From Candidatus Nomurabacteria bacterium (GTDB lineage Bacteria > Patescibacteriota > Minisyncoccia > Phycocordibacterales > UBA918): DNA of 64,000 nt. Shown here piece after piece: positions 1 through 8,563 of the stretch (position 1 is its first letter; each line of letters opens with the position of its first letter). The stretch is from contig CP060228.1 in assembly GCA_023898565.1 (NCBI GenBank), positions 560,594-624,593 on the forward strand, read 5' to 3'. Position numbers and translations under genes: made by a program. The notes beneath the pieces were generated by a model. The model was not told the origin of the DNA, searched no databases, and worked only from the letters and a program-made list of their open reading frames with translations.

Positions 1-81
1 TTGCCAGCTATTTTGGAGCGAGCGAACAAAATAGCGACAACCTGTACCGAATCTGTAAGATTCAAATCCTCCCGTCGACAC

Positions 82-128
82 AAAAGGTACAGCGGCCGGA
101 AACGAAGTTTCCGGCCGCTGTACCTTTT
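82..128. terminator. Perfect GC-rich hairpin followed by T-run, downstream of a gene lying left of the window
   Basis: Stem ggtacagcggccggaaac / gtttccggccgctgtacc with gaa loop, then tttt. Confidence 0.7.
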
Positions 129-154
129 CCTCTAAACATATAGTTACAAGGAGT

Positions 155-349
155 ATGATAGAAAAAATTTCCTTACGTATTTTTTGGGCTGCAATGCTGC
201 TGTGCGCAACAACCGCACTTACCAATATCTGGTTCTTTGGAGCCGGTGAGTCACAGATTAGTTTTTTGATACCAACCTTCTTTATCATTGGCTTTGCCAG
301 TTTTCTCATTTGGGTGCCGCTCGTCGTGTATCGGTTTCTAGAGAAGTAG
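155..349 (+). CDS. Small hydrophobic membrane protein (64 aa), hypothetical
   Basis: ORF preceded by aaggag SD 7 nt upstream; two predicted TM segments. Confidence 0.5.
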   Translation: MIEKISLRIFWAAMLLCATTALTNIWFFGAGESQISFLIPTFFIIGFASFLIWVPLVVYRFLEK

Positions 350-374
350 TCTGTCCGGCTGGTATACTGCATGT

Positions 375-602
375 ATGATAGAAATTGTTGGTATTTCCGG
401 CGCAGCGTTAATTTTGCTAGCGTTTACCATGAGTCAGCTGGGGAAATGGTCTATTGAGAGCAGGCGATATGATAGTGTGAATGCTGTCGGGGCATTGCTT
501 CTCATTGTATATGCCTATCTGCTTGCGAGTGTGCCATTCTTTGTTTTGAATGTGGTGTGGTTTGTGGTGGCAGTACGAGATCTGGTCATTGCAAAGAAAT
601 AA
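375..602 (+). CDS. Small membrane protein (75 aa), hypothetical
   Basis: ORF with TATACT -10 just upstream of ATG; hydrophobic segments; followed by terminator. Confidence 0.5.
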   Translation: MIEIVGISGAALILLAFTMSQLGKWSIESRRYDSVNAVGALLLIVYAYLLASVPFFVLNVVWFVVAVRDLVIAKK

Positions 603-632
603 AAACATCTGCATTTTGCAGATGTTTTTATT
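601..632. terminator. Bidirectional intrinsic terminator
   Basis: Hairpin acatctgca/tgcagatgt flanked by A-run and T-run. Confidence 0.7.
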
Positions 633-635
633 TTG

Positions 636-709
636 CGCGCCAGACGGGACTCGAACCCGCAACCTCCCGCGTGACAGGCGGGTGCTCTAACCAGTTGAGC
701 TACCAGCGC
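636..709 (-). tRNA. tRNA-Asp (anticodon GTC)
   Basis: Cloverleaf on minus strand; anticodon loop cTGTCAc; T-loop TTCGAGT; acceptor GCGCTGG/CTGGCGC. Confidence 0.85.
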
Positions 710-728
710 AAATATTTGAGGTGGCAAG

Positions 729-757
729 AGTATAGCGGTTTTGGAGAAATTTTGCAA
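729..757 (-). promoter_or_regulatory. Sigma-70-like promoter for tRNA-Asp (TTGCAA-17-TATACT on minus strand)
   Basis: -35 TTGCAA (752-757) and -10 TATACT (rc of 729-734), 17-nt spacer, about 20 nt upstream of tRNA 5' end. Confidence 0.45.
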
Positions 758-782
758 CGCTTTCTTTGATTAGTATTCCCAG

Positions 783-811
783 TTGTGTGATGCGATGAAT
801 TCCTCTAGAAT
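783..811 (+). promoter_or_regulatory. Sigma-70-like promoter for the tRNA-Thr pair (TTGTGT-17-TAGAAT)
   Basis: -35 at 783-788, -10 at 806-811, tRNA 5' end at 821. Confidence 0.45.
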
Positions 812-820
812 ATTTTTCGT

Positions 821-949
821 GCCATCTTAGCTCAGTTGGTAGAGCGTAGCATCCGTAACGCTAAGGTCCGGAGTTGACCTAGTTTTTATTGACCGGAGGG
901 AATATAAAAACGGAAATACTCTCGTGGTGCGATCCTCCGAGATGGCTCA
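821..949 (+). tRNA. tRNA-Thr(CGT)-like gene interrupted by a 54-nt insertion in the T-loop; anticodon loop tCCGTaa has C33
   Basis: Acceptor GCCATCT/AGATGGC, D-arm GCTC-AGTTGGTA-GAGC, anticodon arm like E. coli thrW; T-stem CGGAG...CTCCG; removing 876-929 restores canonical T-loop TTCGATC. Confidence 0.5.
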
Positions 950-1005
950 AAAGCTGGCGTAATGATCATTGATTTGTTATGCTGTCGGTCATTAATGATG
1001 ATTAC

Positions 1006-1081
1006 GCCAATGTAGCTCAGTTGGTAGAGCGCATCCATGGTAAGGATGAGGTCCCCAGTTCAATCCTGGGCATTGGCTCCA
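1006..1081 (+). tRNA. tRNA-Thr (anticodon GGT), CCA encoded
   Basis: Canonical cloverleaf; anticodon loop aTGGTaa; T-loop TTCAATC; 3' CCA present. Confidence 0.9.
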
Positions 1082-1086
1082 AAGGA

Positions 1087-1109
1087 AAAGGCCCTTGCGG
1101 GCCTTTTTA
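1087..1109. terminator. Bidirectional intrinsic terminator after tRNA operon
   Basis: aaaaggccc ttgc gggcctttt. Confidence 0.75.
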
Positions 1110-1328
1110 CATGTGCTTGTTTCGGTACTTGCTGCCGTGTCGTGCTTTTGGTTTGCTGCTCCTAATAGAGGGTCGTTTGTGTCGATTGGAGAGATAGCCA
1201 GCTGCAGCCAGATCACCGCCACCAAGAAACGCATTGCGGTAGCCAGGAAGAGCGTTTTTGCTCATCACGTGCCCGGTTTGATTGCAGGCGTAGCGGTTAC
1301 GAGAACGAGGGGCAAAGGTCAGTTTCAT
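1107..1328 (-). CDS. Basic 73-aa protein whose N-terminus resembles ribosomal protein L34 (MKxTFxPSxRNR...MSKN); C-terminus divergent; uncertain
   Basis: N-terminal MKLTFAPRSRNRY...MSKNA vs L34 MKRTFQPSxxKRxRxHGFRxRMxTKNG; terminator immediately downstream on minus strand. Confidence 0.25.
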   Translation of the reverse strand: MKLTFAPRSRNRYACNQTGHVMSKNALPGYRNAFLGGGDLAAAGYLSNRHKRPSIRSSKPKARHGSKYRNKHM

Positions 1329-1396
1329 TGTCAGTACCTCCAGTGTTTGCTCGGCTGAAAATACAGCAGGTACCTAGTTATGTCAATGTTTCAACA

Positions 1397-1426
1397 CCGG
1401 CGCGGCCCTTCGGTCCGCGCCGGTTT
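1397..1426 (+). terminator. Intrinsic terminator-like hairpin upstream of prfB
   Basis: ccggcgcgg ...loop... ccgcgccgg followed by ttt. Confidence 0.5.
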
Positions 1427-1452
1427 CCCTATTTCTTGCTATACTCACCAAC

Positions 1453-2337
1453 ATGTCAGACGGAAAGATAGACGCACAAAAACGGATTGCCGAAATTGAA
1501 ACAGCCATGCTACTGCCTGATTTTTGGAGTGACCCACAGAAAGCGCAAGTAATGATTAAGGAGCTGCAAGAACTCAAGGATACTGCGGAAGGAAAAGGAA
1601 AGTATGATCGTAGTGATGCTGTCTTTACGATTGTGGCCGGCGCCGGTGGTGACGATGCGGAAGATTTTGCGCGCATGCTGGTCGAGATGTACCAGCGCTA
1701 TGCGGAAGGAAAAGGTTGGGGAATGGTGGTGATAGACAGTAATGCCAATGATCACAACGGCTATCGCAATATTACACTTGAGGTACAAGGGAAGGGGGCG
1801 TATGGGGCACTGCAGCACGAATCGGGTGTCCATCGCTTGGTACGTATCTCGCCGTTTAATGCTAACGGCAAGCGACAGACGTCATTTGTGTTGGTGGAAG
1901 TGTCACCGCGCCTGGAAGATACGTCGGCAGTTCAGCTCAAAGATGAGGACTTGGATATTTCGTTTGCGCGCTCTGGTGGGGCTGGTGGGCAAAATGTAAA
2001 TAAGCGTGAGACAGCGGTGCGTATTGTGCATAAGCCAACGAACATTTCAGTACACATTTCTTCGGAACGGTCACAGCAGCAAAATCGTGAAAAAGGAATG
2101 GCGCTGTTGGCTGGAAAAATTTTTGCGTTTGAAGAGGAGCAGCGTCGTCGGGAGCTACAAGGTCTTGCGGTCGAAAAGACGCTTAAGATTGAGTGGGGCA
2201 GTCAGATTCGTTCGTATGTGCTGCATCCATATCAGCTTGTAAAAGATCATCGCACCAACACCGAAGTACGCAATGTTGACGCGGTCTTAGGGGGTGATAT
2301 AGAGCCGTTTATTGAGGCTTCGGCCCAGTCTAATTAG
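1453..2337 (+). CDS. prfB: Peptide chain release factor 2, compact form with no programmed frameshift
   Basis: SPF motif (RISPFNANG) and GGQ motif ([11 protein letters not shown]); continuous 294-aa ORF with shortened domain 1. Confidence 0.85.
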   Translation: MSDGKIDAQKRIAEIETAMLLPDFWSDPQKAQVMIKELQELKDTAEGKGKYDRSDAVFTIVAGAGGDDAEDFARMLVEMYQRYAEGKGWGMVVIDSNANDHNGYRNITLEVQGKGAYGALQHESGVHRLVRISPFNANGKRQTSFVLVEVSPRLEDTSAVQLKDEDLDISFARSGGAGGQNVNKRETAVRIVHKPTNISVHISSERSQQQNREKGMALLAGKIFAFEEEQRRRELQGLAVEKTLKIEWGSQIRSYVLHPYQLVKDHRTNTEVRNVDAVLGGDIEPFIEASAQSN

Positions 2338-2404
2338 AACGTTTTGAGGTCCTGTGTGACATGGTATACTGTCTCGTATGATTTACTACCGAGTGAGTGA
2401 GCGT

Positions 2405-2441
2405 CATATACATACTTCAGAAATTCTGAAGTATGTATATG
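2405..2441. promoter_or_regulatory. AT-rich perfect 16-bp palindrome in the ftsE leader, candidate operator or RNA hairpin
   Basis: catatacatacttcag aaatt ctgaagtatgtatatg; lies downstream of a TATACT -10 (2366-2371) and about 40 nt upstream of ftsE ATG. Confidence 0.3.
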
Positions 2442-2478
2442 GCCGAACGAGCGAAGGTAGCAGTAAGTACATGTATTT

Positions 2479-3162
2479 ATGATCTACTTTGATAATGTTT
2501 CAAAGGTGTATAACGATGGCCGCAGCGCCGCTCTTCAGGAAGTCACCTTCCAGGTCGCACCAAAAGAGTTTGTCTCAATCGTAGGACATTCAGGCGCTGG
2601 AAAGACCACCCTCCTCAAGATGATCATTGCCGAAGATCGCCCATCACATGGCCAGGTCTTTTTTGAGTCGCTTGATGTGCATCGTATTCCAAAGACCAAG
2701 CTGCCAAACTATCGTCGTAAGATTGGCACTATTTTCCAAGACTTTAAGCTTTTGCCGCATAAGACCGCGTTTGAAAACGTGGCGTTTGCTATGGAAGCCA
2801 ATGGCCGCACCGATGCCGAGATTGCTGAAAATGTCCCTCATGCACTTGCGCTGGTCGATCTCGATGATAAGGCGTGGAATTTCCCAAATGAACTTTCCGG
2901 AGGAGAAAAGCAGCGCGTCGCAATCGCTCGTGCGATTGTAAATCAGCCAGACATTATCATTGCCGATGAGCCAACCGGAAATCTTGATCCAATTGCAACC
3001 TATGAAGTAGTGCAGATTTTGCGCAAGATTAATGATTTGGGTACCACGGTCATCATGACTACGCACAACAAAGGCGTAATTGATGAGATCGAGCGACGCG
3101 TGATTACGATGGATGGTGGTCGCATCGTTCGAGATGATACTAGTGGTAAGTATGTTTTATAG
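2479..3162 (+). CDS. ftsE: Cell division ATP-binding protein FtsE
   Basis: Walker A GHSGAGKTT, ABC signature LSGGEKQRV, immediately followed by ftsX. Confidence 0.85.
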   Translation: MIYFDNVSKVYNDGRSAALQEVTFQVAPKEFVSIVGHSGAGKTTLLKMIIAEDRPSHGQVFFESLDVHRIPKTKLPNYRRKIGTIFQDFKLLPHKTAFENVAFAMEANGRTDAEIAENVPHALALVDLDDKAWNFPNELSGGEKQRVAIARAIVNQPDIIIADEPTGNLDPIATYEVVQILRKINDLGTTVIMTTHNKGVIDEIERRVITMDGGRIVRDDTSGKYVL

Positions 3163-3168
3163 TTTTTT

Positions 3169-4089
3169 ATGGTCACCGCGTTTCGTAGAGTAGTAAAAGC
3201 AGGATTTGTTGGGTTTTGGCGCAATGCGTATGTATCGCTTGCGTCTATCTTCGTGCTTACTATTGGGTTGTTTGTGATTGGAGCAACTATGTTCCTCAAT
3301 CAGCTGTTGCAGACATCACTGATGACCTTGCAATCAAAGGTTGATATCAATGTTTATTTTGTTCCCGATGCTCCGCAGGAAGAGATTGACCGCATTATGC
3401 AAGCAGTGGAAGCCTTGCCGGATGTATCAGGCGTAACCTACACTTCACGCGAAGATGCATTGGCTAAGTATCGTCTCGAAAATAAAGACGACACCGTGGC
3501 GATGCAGGCACTTGAAGAACTCAATGAGAACCCGCTCGGTGCCAACATTGCGGTCCAGGCCAAGCAGACTTCACAGTATGAGAGTATTGCGCGTTTTCTG
3601 GACGAGCAGCGCGAGCTCGAACAGCCTCAAACGCCGGTGATTGATGAGGTGAACTACAACCGCAATCGCGATTCAATTGATCGTCTAACAACCATCATTG
3701 GGGCGACTGAGCGGGCTAGTCTGGTAGTGATGGGTATTCTGTTGATTGCCGCTATCCTCATTACGTTTAATACTATCCGCTTGGCGATTTACACATCTCG
3801 CGAAGAAATAGCCATTATGCGTTTGGTGGGCGCTGGCAACATGTACATCCGTGGACCATTTATGTTGCAGGGCATTATGTATGGATTCATTTCTGGTGTA
3901 TTGGCGTTAGCATTCTTCTATCCAATGCTCATCTGGCTTGGTCCAGCGACGGCAGAATTTTTTGGAGTCGATCTCTATCAGTACTACATTTTAAACTTCG
4001 GTGAAATCTTTGGGGTATTGGTCGGCATTGGTATCGTGCTTGGACTTATTTCAAGTATCTTAGCAGTGGCTCGCTACTTGCGAACCTAA
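3169..4089 (+). CDS. ftsX: Cell division permease-like protein FtsX
   Basis: N-terminal TM, periplasmic loop, three C-terminal TM helices; typical FtsX N-terminus. Confidence 0.8.
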   Translation: MVTAFRRVVKAGFVGFWRNAYVSLASIFVLTIGLFVIGATMFLNQLLQTSLMTLQSKVDINVYFVPDAPQEEIDRIMQAVEALPDVSGVTYTSREDALAKYRLENKDDTVAMQALEELNENPLGANIAVQAKQTSQYESIARFLDEQRELEQPQTPVIDEVNYNRNRDSIDRLTTIIGATERASLVVMGILLIAAILITFNTIRLAIYTSREEIAIMRLVGAGNMYIRGPFMLQGIMYGFISGVLALAFFYPMLIWLGPATAEFFGVDLYQYYILNFGEIFGVLVGIGIVLGLISSILAVARYLRT

Positions 4090-4104
4090 TTCCTACTTTT
4101 ATTT

Positions 4105-5775
4105 ATGTCTACTAAAAAACAACGAACGACTGTCAAACAGCCGGCTGTGAAATACATCTTCGTGGTGGGCGGTGTGATGAGTGGTGTAGGCAAGGGAGTG
4201 GCTTCGTCTTCGATTGCAACGGTCCTTCAAGCGCGCGGGCTCAAGGTGACAGCAATGAAAATTGATCCGTATATCAATGTCGATGCTGGCACTATGAATC
4301 CAACCGAGCACGGTGAAGTGTTTGTGCTCAAGGATGGCTTGGAGACCGATCAAGACATGGGTAACTACGAACGATTTCTAAATACTGATTTGCCGAGCAT
4401 CAATTACATGACCACTGGCAGCGTGTATAAGTCAGTGATCGAAAAGGAGCGAAATCTCGAATACGGTGGCCGCAATGTAGAAGTGGTACCGGACATTCCA
4501 TTGGAAGTCATTCGTCGCATTAAAGCAGCTGCTACAGAAGCGGCCGCCGACGTGGTGCAGATTGAAGTGGGTGGTACGGTTGGCGAGTACCAAAACGTTC
4601 TCTTCCTAGAAGCTATTCGTATGATGAAAATGGAAGAGCCAGAGAATGTCGCAGTGGTGATGGTGAGCTATCTGCCGGTGCCAGGGAGTATTGGCGAAAT
4701 GAAGACCAAACCGACCCAGACGGCGGTACGTGCACTCAATAGTGCAGGCGTGTTTGCCGATGTGATCGTGTGTCGAAGTCCGATGGGAGTGGACCAGAAA
4801 CGTAAAGAGAAAATTGCACGGTTTTGTAATGTGAAAGTGGAGAATGTCATCTCTGCACCTGATGTGCCAAGTATTTATGACATTCCGCTCAATTATGAAG
4901 AGGATAAACTCTCCGAACGCCTCCTTGCTACGCTCGGACTTAAAGCCAAAAAGCCAGCCGACCTCAAAGCGTGGAAGCAGTTCGTGAAGCGCTCACACAG
5001 CGTGACTGAGCCAGTCAAAATTGCGGTGGTTGGGAAGTACTTTAACTCCGGTGATTTTGTATTATCTGATGTGTATCTCTCAGTGCTTGAAGCGATTAAG
5101 TATTCTTCATACAAACTCAATCTCAAGCCGGAGATTTCATATCTTTCGGCGCAGGACTTCACTGACAAAAAGAAGTTGAAAGAACTTAAAAAATACGACG
5201 GTGTGTTGGTGCCTGGTGGTTTCGGAACGACTGGTATTGAAGGCAAGCTTAATGTAATCGAGTATGTCCGGAAGAATCGGATTCCGTACTTTGGTATTTG
5301 CTACGGCATGCAGCTGATGGTCTTAGAGTACGCGAAGAATGTGCTTAAGCTCAAGGATGCGAGTACGGAGGAAATTAACCCGAGGGCAAAAGACTTAGTA
5401 ATTGGTGTCATGAATGAGCAGCGAGAGAAAATCGCCAACAAAGAAATGGGTGGTACTATGCGCTTGGGGCAGTATCCAGCTAGCTTGGTGGCCGGTTCGC
5501 TTGCTGCCAAGGCGTACAAAGCAAAGGAAACTGTAGAGCGGCATCGCCATCGGTATGAAGTAAATCCAGCCTACGTGGCAACTCTGCAAGAAAAGGGCCT
5601 GCGCTTCTCGGGCACCTCGCCAGACGGTCGCTTGATGGAAATTGCCGAGCTTGGAGTCGCAGAGCATCCCTTCTTTGTGGGAGTGCAGTTTCATCCCGAA
5701 CTTACCGCTCGGCCGTTGGCGCCACATCCGCTCTTTACCGCTTTTATCAAAGCGGCATACGAAAGTGATATGTAA
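4105..5775 (+). CDS. pyrG: CTP synthase
   Basis: N-terminal synthetase motif VVGGVMSGVGKGV, C-terminal glutamine amidotransferase with catalytic GICYGMQ. Confidence 0.9.
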   Translation: MSTKKQRTTVKQPAVKYIFVVGGVMSGVGKGVASSSIATVLQARGLKVTAMKIDPYINVDAGTMNPTEHGEVFVLKDGLETDQDMGNYERFLNTDLPSINYMTTGSVYKSVIEKERNLEYGGRNVEVVPDIPLEVIRRIKAAATEAAADVVQIEVGGTVGEYQNVLFLEAIRMMKMEEPENVAVVMVSYLPVPGSIGEMKTKPTQTAVRALNSAGVFADVIVCRSPMGVDQKRKEKIARFCNVKVENVISAPDVPSIYDIPLNYEEDKLSERLLATLGLKAKKPADLKAWKQFVKRSHSVTEPVKIAVVGKYFNSGDFVLSDVYLSVLEAIKYSSYKLNLKPEISYLSAQDFTDKKKLKELKKYDGVLVPGGFGTTGIEGKLNVIEYVRKNRIPYFGICYGMQLMVLEYAKNVLKLKDASTEEINPRAKDLVIGVMNEQREKIANKEMGGTMRLGQYPASLVAGSLAAKAYKAKETVERHRHRYEVNPAYVATLQEKGLRFSGTSPDGRLMEIAELGVAEHPFFVGVQFHPELTARPLAPHPLFTAFIKAAYESDM

Positions 5776-6087
5776 TTGTCTATGAATAAACAACAACAAG
5801 CTATTGATGTGTGGTTTAAAGAGCAAGGCTGGGAATATTGGAAGCCTCACGAGATCCTGGCTCGTCTGGCGGAGGAGGTGGGTGAGCTGGCACGGCTTAT
5901 CAATCACGAATATGGCCCGAAGCAAAAGAAGAGTGACGAACGGCAACAGGAGTTTGAAGAGGAGGTGGGCGATATTTTGTATACACTTGCGTGCTTTGCG
6001 AATACACACGATATTGATTTGGATGCAGCGCTAAAGCGCAGCCTTGATAAGGTGGCTGTGCGCGACAAAGACCGCTTTAACCAATAG
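5776..6087 (+). CDS. MazG-like nucleotide pyrophosphohydrolase (small single-domain form)
   Basis: EEVGEL...EExGDILYTL...dimer-helix motifs of the MazG/NTP-PPase fold. Confidence 0.6.
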   Translation: MSMNKQQQAIDVWFKEQGWEYWKPHEILARLAEEVGELARLINHEYGPKQKKSDERQQEFEEEVGDILYTLACFANTHDIDLDAALKRSLDKVAVRDKDRFNQ

Positions 6088-6103
6088 GGAAATTATGCTA
6101 CTC

Positions 6104-6140
6104 TGTGTCGGCGCGAAACCGAAGGTTTCGCGCCGACACA
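6104..6140. terminator. 17-bp perfect inverted repeat downstream of the mazG-like gene
   Basis: tgtgtcggcgcgaaacc gaa ggtttcgcgccgacaca; no T-run, so may be a protein site rather than a terminator. Confidence 0.35.
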
Positions 6141-6153
6141 TCAATGTAGTCGC

Positions 6154-6179
6154 AAAATAATACCGGATCGTCTAATGGT
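6154..6179 (+). repeat. 26-nt direct repeat copy of the 5' end of tRNA-Gln (plus 7 upstream nt)
   Basis: aaaataataccggatcgtctaatggt identical to 6299-6324; followed by two hairpins (6183-6216, 6222-6254). Confidence 0.8.
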
Positions 6180-6305
6180 TGCCAGAAGTTACAGAGCGAA
6201 GCGACAATAACTTCTGAGTACATCTGATTTTCTTTCTCCAAAAGAAAATCAGATGAAAAGCGCCAAAGCTGACAGTATCGGTCGAAGTGACGTACAGAAA
6301 AATAA

Positions 6306-6376
6306 TACCGGATCGTCTAATGGTAGGACTCCAGGTTTTGGTCCTGGCTATCTAGGTTCGAGTCCTAGTCCGGTAG
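6306..6376 (+). tRNA. tRNA-Gln (anticodon TTG)
   Basis: Acceptor TACCGGA/TCCGGTA, anticodon loop tTTTGgt, T-loop TTCGAGT; no encoded CCA. Confidence 0.8.
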
Positions 6377-6403
6377 CATTTACCCCTCATCCTTTCGAGG
6401 TTG

Positions 6404-6706
6404 TTATCGCTGAATATTGTACAACGTCTCGGCGTAGTCAATCTTCTCAAGACATTGTTCTCGCATGTTCCGATGCTTTTGGTTTATCTCATGGGCTGTG
6501 TTGGCTGGAAGGCATTCGCCTTGCATAAAACCAATTACGTACTGATCATCTCCAAGACTAAAACCAAGAGCTAGCTCATGAAGCACCTGTTCTTCTTCGA
6601 GTGTGAGAATGGCCTCTTCACGTAACGTGGTGTTTATCTCTGTGCACCACTCTTTCCAAGTATTCCATTGTCCGGGCTTCACCTTATATAAAACGGCTTT
6701 TTCCAT
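6404..6706 (-). CDS. Hypothetical protein (100 aa)
   Basis: Clean ORF, no recognisable motif. Confidence 0.45.
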   Translation of the reverse strand: MEKAVLYKVKPGQWNTWKEWCTEINTTLREEAILTLEEEQVLHELALGFSLGDDQYVIGFMQGECLPANTAHEINQKHRNMREQCLEKIDYAETLYNIQR

Positions 6707-6836
6707 CTGGGTATCATACTAAATAATAATCAATCGTGTGTTTGGGTGTGAGGATACAGGTGATGTCTTTGGCAGTGAAGATTCTTCCTTGCGTCGTTAT
6801 TTGATACATGTAAGAGTAAGTGATACAAATCGTTAT

Positions 6837-7334
6837 ATGAGTCAGGAGCAACTAGAGATAAAGTTTGTGGAATCGTTTGCCGAGTATGGCGATGCGATCT
6901 TTCGCTTTTGTATGGTGAAGGTATCGCAGGTTGAATTGGCGGAGGACATGACACAAGAAGTCTTTGCGCGCTACTGGCAGTACTTGCGTGACGGTAAGGA
7001 AATAACGAATGCGCGTTCGCTCTTATACACTATCGCGAATAATCTAGCCAAGGATTGGTACAAAAAGAAAAAGAGTGAATCGCTGGACGCACACATGGAA
7101 TCTGGTGCGATGCCAGTGGCGACTGAGGCCAGTCCAGAGCTGCTGGCGTCGTACCAAGAGGTGCTGGATGCGATTGGCGTGCTTGAAGAGCGCGATCAAG
7201 AAGTGTTGCTCTTGAGGTATGTCGAAGGTCTTGATCCGAAAGATATTGCTGTCGCGCTTGGCGAGACGGCCAATACGATTTCGGTTCGGCTCAATCGAGC
7301 GACGAAGCGCTTGCAACAAACATTACACCTATGA
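6837..7334 (+). CDS. ECF-type RNA polymerase sigma-70 factor
   Basis: Region 2 (FxxYWQYLRD) and region 4 HTH (LDPKDIAVALGETANTISVRLNRATKRL); start chosen at MSQEQLE. Confidence 0.8.
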   Translation: MSQEQLEIKFVESFAEYGDAIFRFCMVKVSQVELAEDMTQEVFARYWQYLRDGKEITNARSLLYTIANNLAKDWYKKKKSESLDAHMESGAMPVATEASPELLASYQEVLDAIGVLEERDQEVLLLRYVEGLDPKDIAVALGETANTISVRLNRATKRLQQTLHL

Positions 7335-8557
7335 ATAAAGACACTAAAACAACTGAATACGTCGAAACGCTCAAGGGCATGAAGCTGTCAGAGACGTCGC
7401 GGGCGCGCATGCAAGCTGAGCTTTTGGAGTACGCGCGCTTTCATGGTGTAAGAGTTGGCGAGGAGAGTCGTTCTATAGAGCAGGTATCGTCGCCAGTAGG
7501 TGCTCGTGCCAGATTATTTACCCTATTTAAAACCCCAAAACCTATGACTGCTGCATTTCTTGCAATTATGTTGATCGCTGGCGGAGGAACGTCGTTTGCT
7601 GCTGAAGGGGCAGTGCCGGGTGATCTCTTGTATCCAGTGAAAACTGAAGTGAATGAAACGATTAAAAGTGCTCTCGCATTTTCAAGCGAGGCTGAGGCTG
7701 AACTACAGGTGAACTTGGCTAAAGAGCGCCTGGAGGAAGCAGAAACGTTAGCTGCTCGTGGTGAGCTTACTGCTGAAGTGTCGGCCGACCTCAGTGCGCG
7801 TTTAGAGGAGCATTATGAGGAAGCTGCGGCGCAGAGTAATGAGACTGAAGCAGATGGTGAGTATGAGTCATCAGCAACCGTGCGCGCTTCGCTTGAAGGG
7901 TCGTTGCGTGCTGCGGCGGACGTGCTCACGAGTCTAAATGCGCAAGTCGCTGGCAATGACGGATCGCTGCTTATTACAAATATTCGCTCGTATGCCGATG
8001 CTGCTGCAACAGCGCAGGCAACGGCAACGGTAGATGTGTCGGCGGATGTCCGCGCTGATGTGGCTGCTACAGTGATTGCCGCGAGCGATCGTGTTGCGAT
8101 GGCTCAGGCTAAACTTGCAGCGCTAGCAGGGAAGGTATCGACCGCAGCGTATGCTGAGGCTGAAGCAAAGCTAGCGATGGCAGTAGCAGCGGAAGCACGT
8201 GCTCATGTTGCGCTGGAGTCTGAGTCGTATCAAACGGCGTACATTGAAGCGCAGGCAGCTATTCGTATCGCTCAAGAAGTGGTGAGTGCCCTCGAGAGTG
8301 TGTTGCGCCTAGAGGCAAGCGTACGCATCGATGCCGATGTGAATATCGATACTATACTTGATGCTTCAGCGTCGTCTGATGCTGCTGGGTATGAAACAGA
8401 GGCTTCTGCTGCATCCGAAGCTGGTGCAGATGACTCGCAGGATTCTTCTGTGACTGAGGTAGAGATTGATGCGGGTGTTAAGGCTGATGTTGATACAGAT
8501 GTTATCGAAGTTGAAGCCAAGACTGATGCATCCTTACGATCTACTTTGAGTTTGTAG
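7331..8557 (+). CDS. Putative anti-sigma factor / DUF5667-like membrane protein, Ala/Glu-rich extracytoplasmic domain
   Basis: ATGA start/stop overlap with sigma gene; single TM (AFLAIMLIAGGGTSFAA); coiled, repetitive C-terminal domain. Confidence 0.55.
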   Translation: MNKDTKTTEYVETLKGMKLSETSRARMQAELLEYARFHGVRVGEESRSIEQVSSPVGARARLFTLFKTPKPMTAAFLAIMLIAGGGTSFAAEGAVPGDLLYPVKTEVNETIKSALAFSSEAEAELQVNLAKERLEEAETLAARGELTAEVSADLSARLEEHYEEAAAQSNETEADGEYESSATVRASLEGSLRAAADVLTSLNAQVAGNDGSLLITNIRSYADAAATAQATATVDVSADVRADVAATVIAASDRVAMAQAKLAALAGKVSTAAYAEAEAKLAMAVAAEARAHVALESESYQTAYIEAQAAIRIAQEVVSALESVLRLEASVRIDADVNIDTILDASASSDAAGYETEASAASEAGADDSQDSSVTEVEIDAGVKADVDTDVIEVEAKTDASLRSTLSL

Positions 8558-8563
8558 GTTATA

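Noticed and set aside
1095-1358. Plus-strand 87-aa ORF after the tRNA pair
   Set aside because: It starts inside the tRNA-operon terminator, overlaps the L34-like minus ORF and has no recognisable signals.
6253-6528. 91-aa ORF overlapping tRNA-Gln
   Set aside because: It runs straight through a canonical tRNA cloverleaf, with no SD.
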